64,000 nt of DNA, taken from assembly GCA_938074745.1 (NCBI GenBank), contig CALJEJ010000064.1, forward strand, positions 1,589 to 65,588, read 5' to 3'. A model generated the notes under the pieces. That model was not told the origin of the DNA. It was given only the letters and a program-made list of their open reading frames with translations, and did no database searches. A program made the position numbers and the translations under genes. Of the stretch, positions 50,058 to 61,363 are shown one piece after another. Positions within the stretch are counted from its first letter, which is position 1. Each line of letters begins with the position of its first letter. The DNA is from an uncultured Endomicrobiia bacterium. Lineage in GTDB: Bacteria; Elusimicrobiota; Endomicrobiia; DTEH01.

Positions 50058-51693
50058 AATTATACAACCTTTCGGGGTTAATATATCTCAGGCAGAAATT
50101 GAATTAAGAGAACCACCAAAAAATATACCATTTGAATTAGCAACAAACCTACCAATTGTTCTTAGCAGAAAGATTGGACTACCTGCACAACAAGTATATC
50201 AACAGATATATAACGAAATAAATAAAAATTTTTCTTCGTTGTTTAACAAAATTGAATTTTCTTTACCTGGGTTTCTTAATTTTAACCTAAACTTAAAAGT
50301 GTATCTTGAAGAAATACAAAATATCGTACGTCAAAAAAATAAATATCCACAACAACAAAAAAAGAATGTTAGAGTATTAATTGAATATGTCTCAGCAAAT
50401 CCTACAGGACCTCTGCATATAGGTCATGCTAGAAGTGCAGTTATAGGAGATGTTTTAGCAAATATTTTAGAACAGTTAGGTTATGAAGTATTCCGCGAGT
50501 ATTATAATAACGATAGAGGAAAACAGATTGATATCCTTACTGCTACAGTGTTATCTAACTGTTCTGAAAGAATTAAAAATTTGTTTGACAAAAACACCAT
50601 ATGTTGGATAGAAAAAATGTTGACTATGGGAATGTATAAAGGCGATTATATAAAACAAATAGCAAAAACATTAGAAGAAAAACTTTCTGACAACATCGCA
50701 AAACTTCCTATTGAAGAAATTAAACAAAAAATTGTGGATATCGTAATTCAAGAAATAAAACAGTCGTTGCAAAATTTCCGTGTGAAATTTGACAATTATT
50801 ATTCTGAAAATTCGTTATATTCGTCAGGTTATGTTGAGAAAATATTGCAAATACTAAAACAAAAAGGGTTAATAGAAGAATTTGATAACGCTGTTTGGTT
50901 TAAGTCAAAAGATATGGGTGATGATAAAGATAGAGTAATTTTCCGTAGCAATGGTGAGCCTACATATTTTTTAAGTGATATTGCATACCATTTTAAAAAA
51001 CTTGAACGAGGATATGATTGGTTAATAAACATTTGGGGTGCTGACCACCACGGATATCTACCAAGATTAAAATCTGCAGTGTATGCTATAGCAGAAAAAA
51101 ATGTTAAGTTAGATATTATTCTTTACCAGTTAGTATCGTTGATACGCAACGGTGTACGAATTTCAATGTCTACTCGTGAAGGAAAATTTATCACTTTAGA
51201 CGAAGTTGTTTCTGAAGTTGGTGTTGATGTAACACGATTCTTTTTGTTAACCAAGACACCTGATACACATCTTGAATTTGATTTTGACCTCGCAAAAGAA
51301 CATTCATTAAAAAATCCTGTGTATTATATCCAATATGCACATACACGATGTTGCGGAATTTTTAGGGAAACAAAACTGTCAGAAGATAATGTAATAGAAA
51401 TGATTGATACTGTATTTGACAACTACACTGCCACTGTTGAAGAAATGAATTTAATAAAAACTTTGTGTTTTTATGAAGATGTTCTTTATTCTTGTATAGA
51501 AACTTTAGCACCTAATTATTTATGTTCGTATCTAATAGATTTATCTAGATTGTTTCACAAATTTTATGAAACTTGCCGTATAATAGACAAAAATAAAATT
51601 TCATATCCACGATTAGTTTTAACTTTGGCAAGCAAGATTGTAATAAATAACGGACTAAATCTGTTAGGTATTCATGCGCCTGAACAAATGTGA
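50026..51693 (+). CDS. argS: arginine--tRNA ligase
   Basis: HIGH motif PTGPLHIGHARSAVIGD; class I KMSK-region; DALR anticodon-binding C-terminus. Confidence 0.9.
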   Translation: MKQKLKKILNEIIQPFGVNISQAEIELREPPKNIPFELATNLPIVLSRKIGLPAQQVYQQIYNEINKNFSSLFNKIEFSLPGFLNFNLNLKVYLEEIQNIVRQKNKYPQQQKKNVRVLIEYVSANPTGPLHIGHARSAVIGDVLANILEQLGYEVFREYYNNDRGKQIDILTATVLSNCSERIKNLFDKNTICWIEKMLTMGMYKGDYIKQIAKTLEEKLSDNIAKLPIEEIKQKIVDIVIQEIKQSLQNFRVKFDNYYSENSLYSSGYVEKILQILKQKGLIEEFDNAVWFKSKDMGDDKDRVIFRSNGEPTYFLSDIAYHFKKLERGYDWLINIWGADHHGYLPRLKSAVYAIAEKNVKLDIILYQLVSLIRNGVRISMSTREGKFITLDEVVSEVGVDVTRFFLLTKTPDTHLEFDFDLAKEHSLKNPVYYIQYAHTRCCGIFRETKLSEDNVIEMIDTVFDNYTATVEEMNLIKTLCFYEDVLYSCIETLAPNYLCSYLIDLSRLFHKFYETCRIIDKNKISYPRLVLTLASKIVINNGLNLLGIHAPEQM

Positions 51694-51737
51694 GGTTTTA
51701 AAATAACCCCATCAGTCTATTTAAAGGAGAAAACTAC

Positions 51738-52733
51738 ATGAAGTCAGACGTGGAATATGCAAATTATGTTGTAAAAAAAGTACAATTAATAAAATCTGAA
51801 ATTGCAAAAAAAATTGTCGGTCAACAGGAAGTCATAAATGAACTTATAATTTCTTTACTTTGTAAAGGACATTGCCTAATAGTTGGTGTCCCAGGACTGG
51901 CAAAAACAATGATCGTCCATACACTTGCTGATGTGTTAGACTTAAAATTTAGTAGGATACAGTTCACACCAGACCTTATGCCAGCAGATATTACAGGAAC
52001 GGAAGTTATTGAAGAAGACCCTGTAAGTAAGAAACGAAATTATAGATTTATCCCAGGACCTGTTTTTTCAAATATTGTTTTAGCAGACGAAATTAACCGT
52101 ACTCCACCAAAAACACAATCAGCATTGTTACAGTGCATGCAAGAATATAAAGTTACAGTAAACGGAGTAACATACAATTTACCTCAACCATTCTTTGTCT
52201 TAGCAACACAGAACCCTATTGAACAAGAAGGAACATATCCATTACCTGAAGCACAACTTGACCGTTTCTTTTTCCAGATAAACATTGGTTATCCGTCAGA
52301 AAACGAAGAAAAAGAAATTTTAAACCGTACAACAGGAATTAAAGAACCTACTACAAACAAAGTTATCTCACAGGAAGAAATTTTGCAATTACAAAATTTT
52401 GTTCGCAGTGTACCCATAACTGATTCAGTGATTGATTATATTGTAAAACTTGTTCGTTCCAGCCGACCTACGGAAAAAATAGCTCCTGAATTTGTCAAAA
52501 AATATGTTTTATGGGGTTGTAGTCCACGAGCTGAACAAACTTTAGTCCTTGCAGCAAAAGCACACGCAATCATTAACCAAAGATACGCTGTTAGTGTTGA
52601 AGATGTCAATAGTGTAGCTTTGCCATCATTGAGACATAGAATCATACTAAACTTCCAAGCAGAAGCCGAAGGAATTCAACCTGATGAGATTGTTAAAAAA
52701 CTAATACAAGAACTTCAAACTGCAAAAGTGTAA
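51738..52733 (+). CDS. MoxR-family AAA+ ATPase
   Basis: Walker A GVPGLAKT, Walker B VLADEINR. Confidence 0.85.
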   Translation: MKSDVEYANYVVKKVQLIKSEIAKKIVGQQEVINELIISLLCKGHCLIVGVPGLAKTMIVHTLADVLDLKFSRIQFTPDLMPADITGTEVIEEDPVSKKRNYRFIPGPVFSNIVLADEINRTPPKTQSALLQCMQEYKVTVNGVTYNLPQPFFVLATQNPIEQEGTYPLPEAQLDRFFFQINIGYPSENEEKEILNRTTGIKEPTTNKVISQEEILQLQNFVRSVPITDSVIDYIVKLVRSSRPTEKIAPEFVKKYVLWGCSPRAEQTLVLAAKAHAIINQRYAVSVEDVNSVALPSLRHRIILNFQAEAEGIQPDEIVKKLIQELQTAKV

Positions 52734-52761
52734 ATGAGTTTATCCAGCAGGTTTTTAAATT

Positions 52762-53343
52762 ATGTTGGATATTGTTAAAATATTAGATATAAAACTGTTC
52801 TACATAATAAACCACAATTGGAGAAACAGTTTCCTTGATATTATAATGCCATTCATTACAAATACCAAAAATTTTTATTTATTGTTTTTGGCAATATTTT
52901 TAGGCATGCTACTTTTTGGCAATTATAAAACACGTATCACAGCAGTAAGTCTCTGCGTTGGAATAACTTTGTCAGATTTGTTCAGCAGTAAGTTGTTAAA
53001 ACATATTTTTAACCGGCCACGACCATTTGAAGTTTTAGAAAATGTAATAAAAATGGTTCCTTCAGCAGGACCTTCCTTCCCATCATCACACGCAATGAAT
53101 TCGTTTACTGTAGCAACAATGTTATTTTTGTTTTTTAAGAAAAGTAGTAAAGCAAAGAAAAATATAATAGAGATTTTGAAATCTTACTGGGTTGGAATTA
53201 TAGCATATTTATTTGCTACACTAAGTGCTATATCACGAGTCTATGTTGGAGTACACTATCCGTCAGATATAATATGTGGTGCGGTATTGGGAATATTTCT
53301 AGGTTATATGTTCTATAAACTTACTAAAAAAATATTTGTATAG
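52762..53343 (+). CDS. PAP2-family membrane phosphatase
   Basis: KHIFNRPRPF, PSFPSSHA, SRVYVGVHYPSD motifs. Confidence 0.75.
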   Translation: MLDIVKILDIKLFYIINHNWRNSFLDIIMPFITNTKNFYLLFLAIFLGMLLFGNYKTRITAVSLCVGITLSDLFSSKLLKHIFNRPRPFEVLENVIKMVPSAGPSFPSSHAMNSFTVATMLFLFFKKSSKAKKNIIEILKSYWVGIIAYLFATLSAISRVYVGVHYPSDIICGAVLGIFLGYMFYKLTKKIFV

Positions 53344-53396
53344 TATCTTACTTAAAAATAAGACACTACCTTCACCAAAAAAGTTTGAATAACAAA

Positions 53397-53633
53397 CTAT
53401 TTCTGTTGTGGTTCTGTTGAAGATGAAGAAGATTGTTCAGCAGCTTCTTTCTCTAATTTCTTTGCTTCAATAGAATCTTTGATAGAAGTAATTCCTGCAA
53501 TAATTGCCAAAAGCGCACCTAAAACTAACATTATCGGTATTGAACCAAGAATAACAATTACCTGCCCTGGGAAAATATACCATAAATAAATCCCTATCGC
53601 TAATGCAATTATTCCACCTATTAATGCACCCAT
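53397..53633 (-). CDS. small membrane protein (two TM helices, acidic C-terminal tail)
   Basis: 78 aa, hydrophobic N-terminal 55 aa. Confidence 0.4.
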   Translation of the reverse strand: MGALIGGIIALAIGIYLWYIFPGQVIVILGSIPIMLVLGALLAIIAGITSIKDSIEAKKLEKEAAEQSSSSSTEPQQK

Positions 53634-53711
53634 AAGTTTATCCTCCTTCTAACAAAAATAGATTAAATTTTTTACTAAATTGAAAATTGAAAGTCAAGAA
53701 TAAAAACTTTT

Positions 53712-54137
53712 TCACTCACCAATAATTTTTACTAAAACTCTTTTAGTTCGTTGACCGTCAAACTCGCCATAAAAAATTTGTTCCCACGGACCAAAATCTA
53801 ACCTGCCATTAGTTATTGCAACAACTACTTCTCTACCCATTATAGTTCGTTTAAGATGTGCATGAGCATTATCTTCGCCAGTAAGGTTATGCCTATATTT
53901 AGAAACATCCGTCGGCGCAAGTTTTTCCAACCACTCCTTAAAATCTTGTTTCAAACCTTCTTCTTCATCGTTAATAAATACCGAAGAAGTTATATGCATA
54001 GCATTTACTAAACATAACCCTTCTTTTATCCCACTCTTTTTGACTATCTGCTCAATTTTGTCTGTGATGTTAATAAACTCAACTTTATTCTTTGTGTTAA
54101 ACACAAGATATTCCGTGTAAAATTTCATAAACTCCAC
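53712..54137 (-). CDS. YjbQ/UPF0047 family protein
   Basis: 141 aa with YjbQ-like conserved blocks ([19 protein letters not shown]). Confidence 0.75.
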   Translation of the reverse strand: MEFMKFYTEYLVFNTKNKVEFINITDKIEQIVKKSGIKEGLCLVNAMHITSSVFINDEEEGLKQDFKEWLEKLAPTDVSKYRHNLTGEDNAHAHLKRTIMGREVVVAITNGRLDFGPWEQIFYGEFDGQRTKRVLVKIIGE

Positions 54138-54289
54138 TTATCATACACTAAAATAAAATCTAATGTATTTTACAAAAATTTATACCAGAAAACAAGACTA
54201 AATAGAAGTTTAAACTTAAATATTGACTGCACAAAAATTTTTTAGTTTTATATCTACTTTAGAGTAAAAAAATATCAAGGAGAAATTTT

Positions 54290-54892
54290 TTGTTTATGAA
54301 ACCAGAATTATCCGACGAAGAAATTGTCAGAAAAATAAAACAAAAAGAAGTTAACGAACTGCAAAAATTTTCTCTTTTTGAATTGGTAGTAAACAAATAT
54401 AAAAACAAAGTGTTTTTATTAGTCTACAACTATATCAAACCTACTGGAACTCTCCACGATGCAGAAGAAATTGTTTTAGAAACATTTACAAAATTTTGGT
54501 TCTCAATAGAAAAGTTTAAGTTTAATTCTACTGTATATACTTATATTTATCGTATAGCAACAAATTTAGCAATAAATTTTTTAAAATCAAAAAAAAGACA
54601 AAAAGAAAGTGTCTCTATTGACGAAATTGTTCCAGAACTCGTTGAAAACGATTTAGAAACAGTTATTGAATTTGAATCTGAAACTGAACAGATACAATCA
54701 ATAGTAAACTCTGCAATAGACCATCTCCCACCAAACCAAAAAATGGCGTTAATATTAGCAAAATTTGAACATAAATCATACCAAGAAATTGCTGAAATTA
54801 TGAACACGTCAGTATCTTCTGTAGAATCCCTACTTTTTCGTGCAAGACAAAATTTGAAAAAGTTTTTAACTAAAAAATTTTTAAAAAAATGA
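54290..54892 (+). CDS. ECF-type sigma-70 family sigma factor
   Basis: Region 2 (YIYRIATNLAINFL) and region 4 (SYQEIAEIMNTSVSSVESLLFRARQNL) blocks. Confidence 0.75.
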   Translation: MFMKPELSDEEIVRKIKQKEVNELQKFSLFELVVNKYKNKVFLLVYNYIKPTGTLHDAEEIVLETFTKFWFSIEKFKFNSTVYTYIYRIATNLAINFLKSKKRQKESVSIDEIVPELVENDLETVIEFESETEQIQSIVNSAIDHLPPNQKMALILAKFEHKSYQEIAEIMNTSVSSVESLLFRARQNLKKFLTKKFLKK

Positions 54893-54954
54893 ATTTTTAC
54901 ACGCAAGATTTTTAAATTTTTGTTGTCTAATATTAATAGACGGAGGAAAAAATC

Positions 54955-55428
54955 ATGTTTTTGTTCTGTAAAAAAGTTAAAAAAATGATGTCTAAATATC
55001 TTGACCACCAATTGGATACAAAATTAACTTATTTGTTGTTGGAACATATAAACCATTGCACTAACTGTAAAACTGAGTTTGATTTGTTGCTACAAATAGA
55101 TAAGAACTTACAAAAATATATAGAAGAAGTATCGCTAAACGATAGTTTCAATATAAAATTGTATGATAGAATCTTCAACAAGAATGTTGAACCTATTATC
55201 TCGTCATTACCCTGGTTACGGTATATGTTTCGTAGCGTAGTTACAGTAACTATTGTAAGTATATTTATCGTTTTCTTCATAAAATTTTCTTGTATACCTT
55301 ATAGAACCACCTTACTAAAAGAAATCTATGAAATAAACAACTTTTATTCTGCTGAGTTGGGTTTGTTAGAATTGGTTTCTAGTTTGGAAAAAATTAATTT
55401 AGAATATATAGAAACACTACCCAGATAA
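54955..55428 (+). CDS. anti-sigma factor (zf-HC2 zinc finger plus one TM helix)
   Basis: HINHCTNC motif; position immediately after the ECF sigma gene. Confidence 0.6.
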   Translation: MFLFCKKVKKMMSKYLDHQLDTKLTYLLLEHINHCTNCKTEFDLLLQIDKNLQKYIEEVSLNDSFNIKLYDRIFNKNVEPIISSLPWLRYMFRSVVTVTIVSIFIVFFIKFSCIPYRTTLLKEIYEINNFYSAELGLLELVSSLEKINLEYIETLPR

Positions 55429-55558
55429 AAAATCTGGTGAGAACAAATTCCAAACATGGTTGTTGGGTAGAAAAATATAAATAGCAGATGTTAGAAAAAG
55501 AAACGAAAAAAAGAAATAACGTTAATTAACAATACTTTAACTAAAAAGGAGGGAAAAA

Positions 55559-56212
55559 ATGAAATACAAGATAATATTTATAACTACAACACTCACTTTA
55601 CTTACTTTCTCCTTCCTTTTTTCTCAAATCCCACTACCGCCAGACCCTCCAATAGAAGATAAAAGTATCCCACATGAAGAATTGTGGGAAATGTTTCCTC
55701 GTAGTAAATTTTCCCATAAAAGAAAGTTTGAGTTTGACCAACGAATAAAGAATGCTGTTGAAGATGGAATTATTTCTCAACAACAAGCAGATGAACTTTT
55801 AAAACTAAAAAAAGAAGTTGAAGATTATCACAAAAATATATGGTCTGACGATAAAATGACTAAAGAAGAAAAAGAAAAAGCAGAACAATTACGAAAAACT
55901 TTCCAACAAAAAGTTCATGAAGTTTTAGAAACTGCAATAAAAAATTGGCGTGAAAAACAAGATAAATCTGTGATGTTCGATAGACATATAGATAGAGCAC
56001 TAAAAAATGGTAAAATAACTCAACAACAGGCTGACGAACTTAAAAAAACTAAACAACAATTAGACCAGTTAGAAAAAGATATTTGGTCTGACGATGTAAT
56101 GACAAAAGAAGAATTAAAGAAGTTACTGCAAGCAAAGAAAGATTTTCACAAAAAAATCTCTTCCATGTTCCATTGGGACAAAAATAAATTTAGAAAACAA
56201 AAAAAGATATAA
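55559..56212 (+). CDS. periplasmic protein with two ~55-aa internal repeats (Spy/CpxP-like helical stress protein)
   Basis: Signal peptide; repeat QQQADEL(L/K)K..K...D...K.IWSDD.MTKEE occurs twice. Confidence 0.5.
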   Translation: MKYKIIFITTTLTLLTFSFLFSQIPLPPDPPIEDKSIPHEELWEMFPRSKFSHKRKFEFDQRIKNAVEDGIISQQQADELLKLKKEVEDYHKNIWSDDKMTKEEKEKAEQLRKTFQQKVHEVLETAIKNWREKQDKSVMFDRHIDRALKNGKITQQQADELKKTKQQLDQLEKDIWSDDVMTKEELKKLLQAKKDFHKKISSMFHWDKNKFRKQKKI

Positions 56213-56343
56213 CCATCCCAAACGAACAGGTAAGTCTAAATTTTGTTAATAAGAAAAACTTTATTTCCCACCTTGTATTTTTACAAATAAAAATTGTATA
56301 AATTTCAAATATTAAATCTCACAAACAAAAGGAGTTTTATTCT

Positions 56344-58809
56344 ATGGCAAATAAAAATAATCAACAACAAAATTTAGATTTTGAAACACAGAATATTATT
56401 CTTCGTGATATTGGTGAAGAAATGCGTAGTTCATATACAGATTATGCAATGAGTGTAATAGTAGGCCGTGCATTACCTGATGTTCGCGACGGACTTAAAC
56501 CTGTCCATAGAAGAATTTTATATACAATGAAAGAACTCGGGTTAAAACATAACCAACCGTATAAAAAATCTGCCCGTGTAGTAGGAGATGTTCTTGGAAA
56601 ATTTCATCCTCATGGCGATACTGCAGTATACGACGCAATGGTTCGTATGGCACAAGATTTTAGTCTACGATACCCACTTGTTGATGGTCAAGGTAATTTT
56701 GGTTCTATAGACGGTGACCCGCCTGCTGCTATGAGATACACTGAAGTCAGATTGAACAAAATTGCTGAAGAAATGTTAGAAGATATTGATAAAGAAACAG
56801 TGAATTTTATGCCGAACTACGACGGGTCGTTAACAGAACCTGTAGTTTTACCGTCAAAATTTCCTAACATTTTGGTAAACGGTTCCAGCGGTATTGCTGT
56901 AGGTATGGCTACAAATATCCCTACTCATAACCTTTCAGAAATTTGTGACGGTATCATCGCAACAATTGACAATCCGGAAATTACTAACGAAGAATTAATG
57001 AATTATATTAAAGGACCGGATTTCCCTACCGGCGGAATCATACTTGGAAAAGAAGGAATAAAAGAATATTTTACTACTGGGAAAGGTAACTTCCGTATTC
57101 GTGCAAAAGCTGATATTGAAGAAATCAAAGGTGGCCGTTATGCAATAATTGTTCGAGAAATACCCTACCAAGTTAACAAAGCCGAACTTTTAGAAACAAT
57201 AGCAGAACTTGCCCAGCAAAAAAAAATTCAAGATATTGCTGACCTACGAGATGAATCTGACCGTGAAGGTGTACGTATAGTTATAGAAGTGAAACGTGAT
57301 GGCAATCCAAATATTGTACTAAACCAGTTGTTCAAACATACACAGTTAGAAACATCTTTTGGTGTAATAATGTTAGTTCTTGTCAACGGCAAACCTCAAG
57401 TACTTTCTATGCGTGAAATGATACAATGTTATATTGACCACCGACGTGAAATTGTTTATAAAAGGACAGAATTTGACCTTAAAAAAGCAGAACATAGAGC
57501 ACATATTGTTGAAGGGTTAAGAATTGCAATTGAACATTTAAACCGGATAATAAAAATTATCCGTGAATCAAAAGATACTCCTACTGCATGCGAAAATTTG
57601 ATTTCAGAATTCAAGTTTACCCGTGCTCAAGCAAACGCTATTCTTGAAATGAGATTACAACAACTTACCTCTTTAGAACGAAAAAAATTGGAAGAAGAAT
57701 ATCTTGAACTTATCAAAACTATTGAACTGTTGAAATCAATTCTTCGTGACCCTAAAAAAATTGATAATATAATAAAAGAAGAATTAAATAAAATAAAACA
57801 GAATTATGCTGACTCAAGAAGAACAAAAATTATCTCCAAAGTAGAAGAATTAACTATTGAAGATTTAATTAAAGAAGAAGATGTAGTGGTTTGTATATCA
57901 CATCATGGGTATGTAAAACGAATGCCACTAAGTAGTTATAAAGCACAACATCGTGGTGGGAAAGGTATCACAGCAACTACTGTAAAAGAGGAAGATTTTG
58001 TAGAACAATTAATAATCACTAACACACATTCATATCTTTTATGGTTTACCAACAAAGGACGAGTTTATTGGTCACGTGTATACGAAATTCCTGAAGGGTC
58101 AAGAATTTCAAAAGGTAAACCAGCAGTAAATTTGATACAACTTTCTTCTATGGATGAAAAAATTACTGCTTGTGTTGCAGTAGATAAGTTTGACGATAAA
58201 TCTTATCTTTTAATGTGTACAAAAAAAGGTGTTATAAAGAAAACAAACTTATCAGAGTATTCAAACCCGAGAAAAGGTGGTATCATCGCTATAAATCTTG
58301 ACAAAGACGATTCTTTAATAGATGTAAAACATACTGATGGTAAATCTGAAGTTATAATATCTACCAAGAACGGGTTCGCAATAAGGTTTAAAGAAGACAA
58401 AGTTCGTCCTATAGGTAGGACAGGTAAAGGTGTTGTAGGAATAAGGTTTAAATCAAAAGATGACGAAGTTGTAAGTTTAGAAGTTGTAAAAAAAGATGAT
58501 ATATTGTTAACAGTATGTGAAAACGGTTTTGGGAAAAGAACTAAAGTTGAAGATTACAGGTTACAAACTCGTGGTGGTAAAGGTGTAATAAACATAAAAA
58601 CAACTGAACGCAACGGTAAAGTTGTCGGAGTAAAAGTTGCCAACCCTGGCTATGAAGTTATGATTATGACAGAACAAGGTATGAGTATAAGGTTAAAAGT
58701 TGACGAAATTTCAGTTATGTCACGGAACACACAAGGTGTAAGGTTAGTAAAACTTGACGAAGGGGATAAAGTTGCTGCAGTAGCCAACATTGTCCCTGAA
58801 GAAGAATGA
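56344..58809 (+). CDS. gyrA: DNA gyrase subunit A
   Basis: 821 aa; AAMRYTE active-site Tyr block; C-terminal beta-pinwheel repeats. Confidence 0.95.
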   Translation: MANKNNQQQNLDFETQNIILRDIGEEMRSSYTDYAMSVIVGRALPDVRDGLKPVHRRILYTMKELGLKHNQPYKKSARVVGDVLGKFHPHGDTAVYDAMVRMAQDFSLRYPLVDGQGNFGSIDGDPPAAMRYTEVRLNKIAEEMLEDIDKETVNFMPNYDGSLTEPVVLPSKFPNILVNGSSGIAVGMATNIPTHNLSEICDGIIATIDNPEITNEELMNYIKGPDFPTGGIILGKEGIKEYFTTGKGNFRIRAKADIEEIKGGRYAIIVREIPYQVNKAELLETIAELAQQKKIQDIADLRDESDREGVRIVIEVKRDGNPNIVLNQLFKHTQLETSFGVIMLVLVNGKPQVLSMREMIQCYIDHRREIVYKRTEFDLKKAEHRAHIVEGLRIAIEHLNRIIKIIRESKDTPTACENLISEFKFTRAQANAILEMRLQQLTSLERKKLEEEYLELIKTIELLKSILRDPKKIDNIIKEELNKIKQNYADSRRTKIISKVEELTIEDLIKEEDVVVCISHHGYVKRMPLSSYKAQHRGGKGITATTVKEEDFVEQLIITNTHSYLLWFTNKGRVYWSRVYEIPEGSRISKGKPAVNLIQLSSMDEKITACVAVDKFDDKSYLLMCTKKGVIKKTNLSEYSNPRKGGIIAINLDKDDSLIDVKHTDGKSEVIISTKNGFAIRFKEDKVRPIGRTGKGVVGIRFKSKDDEVVSLEVVKKDDILLTVCENGFGKRTKVEDYRLQTRGGKGVINIKTTERNGKVVGVKVANPGYEVMIMTEQGMSIRLKVDEISVMSRNTQGVRLVKLDEGDKVAAVANIVPEEE

Positions 58810-58976
58810 ATGTTTTAAAAGTAGCTCTCTTAAGATGATTTAAAACTAATCAGGATGTTCTATAAAAGTCCCTACCTTTGATTCCAGCATCCAATTCAGC
58901 TCCTATAAACACAGAAATTTTGGGTAAGGTATATCTTAAAATCAACCTAACATAATATACCAATTGTACTGCCTGA

Positions 58977-59212
58977 CCCCCGTTTTTTTTAAGTTCTGTT
59001 AACTTTCTTTATGATATTCCATTTTTGCTTAAACTTTGATAAGGATAAATATGACAGAACTGTCAAAGTAGAAACTATTATCCTAAAATTTTTCTAAAAA
59101 TTCTCGGTATGCATCTTCAACTGACAGATTAAAGTAGAGTTCGCTATATTTACTTGCTTTTATATTCATTTTTTATTATTTTCCCCCATCAAAAGTTAAC
59201 AGAACTTGGGGG
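58977..59212. repeat. MITE-like structure: 16-bp perfect inverted repeats AAGTTCTGTTAACTTT (58991-59006 and 59192-59207) with flanking CCCCC/GGGGG
   Basis: Read directly; internal sub-palindromes gacagaactgtc and ggataa...ttatcc. Confidence 0.45.
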
Positions 59213-59571
59213 CTCTGGAAGGGAAGTTCTATTTAATAGGAAAATCTGAATTTGAACCGAGTAATTTTTTTTATGCACCGATTGCATTTATTTTGCTGAA
59301 AATAAAAGGACCTGATATATTGTTTGACATAAAAGAAACAAAATGGATATTTGGTATCCCTGATGATATTTTTCAGGTTATGAACACTACAGAAACTATT
59401 ACCAGAGATGACATTGCCTATTTCTTGCTTAAGAAACTACGGTCAACAAATTTTCCAATCAGCAATTGGTTAAGAGAATATAAAACAATTGTGCTTAAAA
59501 AAGAAAAATTCACAGTAGCCCTGACTTGTGAAGATGTATTGAAAATACTATTTCCTGAATGGTATCATTAA
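59206..59571 (+). CDS. hypothetical protein (TTG start; may be a remnant)
   Basis: 121-aa ORF, no recognisable motif; starts inside the right inverted repeat. Confidence 0.3.
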   Translation: MGALEGKFYLIGKSEFEPSNFFYAPIAFILLKIKGPDILFDIKETKWIFGIPDDIFQVMNTTETITRDDIAYFLLKKLRSTNFPISNWLREYKTIVLKKEKFTVALTCEDVLKILFPEWYH

Positions 59572-59601
59572 AATTAAAAAACTGGCCCCGTCACATTTTA
59601 G

Positions 59602-59871
59602 AACAGCTTTTGTAAAACTTCAATATTACCCATCTGTCAAAGTTCTCTTTTACAGGACAACCCACCAATAGACACTGAAGTTTTATTCAAGATGATGTTA
59701 ATTGAGTATTTCTATAATATAACCTCCGAACGCAGATTGGCAGAAGAAATATTTTTAAATTTAGCATATATAAAGGCAACAGCAAGACATGACAAAGAAG
59801 TGTTTGAAGAATTTTTTAATCAGATACTAAAATTGTGGATGAAGAGATTAACTTTTTAAAAGAAGTTCTTA
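59602..59871 (+). pseudogene. remnant of an IS5/IS1182-family transposase (N-terminal DUF772-type region only; no start codon, no DDE domain)
   Basis: Translation ...DNPPIDTEVLFKMMLIEYFYNITSERRLAEEIFLNLAY... matches the IS5-family N-terminal domain; in frame with 59206 but separated by three stops. Confidence 0.55.
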
Positions 59872-59916
59872 AAAATTTTTGCCACTTAATAAACTATATT
59901 CTTAAGGGAGATAATA

Positions 59917-60576
59917 TTACTTCTTTTCTTCTAAGTGATGTTTTATTACTTTCCCCTCAAATATAAATATTACTTCTTCACAGATATTTGTAGCAAGGTC
60001 AGCAATTCTTTCAAGGTTGTTAACTATTCTCATTATATTTAAAGCATTTTTAATTGTTTTGGGGTCAGAAGACATAAAATCAATCAATTTCTTTGAAAGT
60101 TCATATTTTAAGTTATCAATAACTGAATCGTTTTTACAAACTGTTCTTGCTAAAGAGACATCTTCAGTTATGAAAGCGATTATGCTGTCTTTTAACATTT
60201 TCTTTGAAACTTCTGCAATTTGAGATATGTCTATATCAACTTTAACAAAAGGATGTTCTAAAAGATATAGAGAGCTTTGACTTATATTTACAGCGTGGTC
60301 ACCAATTCTTTCAAGGTCATTATTCATCTTCAAAATCATAAGAACCATCCTTAAATCTTTTGCTTTTGGCTCATATTGAGCAATAATGTTAACACACTTT
60401 TCATCAATTTCTATTTCATATTTATTAGCTTTATCTTCATCTATCTTTATTACTTCAGACAAAATTTCTTTTTCTTTCATTATTAGCCCTTTAATGCTTT
60501 TTTCAATCATATTTTCTACCAAACTTGCATATTCTATTATCTCTCTTTTAAGATCTAAGATTTTTTCATCAAACAT
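59917..60576 (-). CDS. phoU: phosphate transport regulator PhoU
   Basis: 219 aa; duplicated PhoU repeats (DLERIGDHAVNI / NLERIADLATNI). Confidence 0.85.
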   Translation of the reverse strand: MFDEKILDLKREIIEYASLVENMIEKSIKGLIMKEKEILSEVIKIDEDKANKYEIEIDEKCVNIIAQYEPKAKDLRMVLMILKMNNDLERIGDHAVNISQSSLYLLEHPFVKVDIDISQIAEVSKKMLKDSIIAFITEDVSLARTVCKNDSVIDNLKYELSKKLIDFMSSDPKTIKNALNIMRIVNNLERIADLATNICEEVIFIFEGKVIKHHLEEKK

Positions 60577-60592
60577 AATTATCCTCCGTTAT

Positions 60593-61363
60593 TTAACCGA
60601 ATTTTCCTGATATGTAAAGTTCTGTCCTTTTATCAGAAGGTACAGTAAATATCTTCTCTGTAGGACCAAATTCTATAATCTCACCAAGATACATAAATGC
60701 TGTATAATCAGCAATTCTTGCTGCTTGGTGTATATTGTGAGTAACAATTATTATTGTTACCTTCTTTTTTAGTTCTACCATAAGTTCTTCAATCTTTCCT
60801 GTTGCTATTGGATCAATTGCTGAAGTAGGTTCGTCAAAAAGTAATATTTCAGGATTTGTAGCAAGTGCCCTTGCTATACATAACCTCTGCTGTTGTCCTC
60901 CTGAGAGGTTAAATGCTGGACTATGAAGACGGTCACGAACATCATCCCAGAGTGCAGCATCTTTTAATGTTTTTTCCACCACTTCATCAATTATACTTTT
61001 TTTCTTAATTCCTCTTATCCTAAGACCAAAAGCAATATTTTCATATATGGACTTAGGAAATGGATTTGGCTTTTGAAAAACCATACCTATACGCATCCTT
61101 ACTTCTATTGGGTCAATCAGAGGTGAAATAATATTAATGTTGTCGGGATAAAGGATAATTTCACCCTCATATCGGTTATTATGATATAAATCATGCATCC
61201 TGTTAAAACACCTAAGGAATGTTGTTTTCCCACACCCTGAAGGCCCAATAAGAGCAGTTATTTTCTTTTCAAATATAGGCAGGTTATTATTCTTAAGAAC
61301 TTGAGTATTACCATAGTAGAAGTTTAGATTATTCACTTTAGCTTTTAAGTTTTCTGTTACCAT
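60593..61363 (-). CDS. pstB: phosphate ABC transporter ATP-binding protein
   Basis: Walker [10 protein letters not shown], signature LSGGQQQRL, PstB-type length. Confidence 0.9.
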   Translation of the reverse strand: MVTENLKAKVNNLNFYYGNTQVLKNNNLPIFEKKITALIGPSGCGKTTFLRCFNRMHDLYHNNRYEGEIILYPDNINIISPLIDPIEVRMRIGMVFQKPNPFPKSIYENIAFGLRIRGIKKKSIIDEVVEKTLKDAALWDDVRDRLHSPAFNLSGGQQQRLCIARALATNPEILLFDEPTSAIDPIATGKIEELMVELKKKVTIIIVTHNIHQAARIADYTAFMYLGEIIEFGPTEKIFTVPSDKRTELYISGKFG

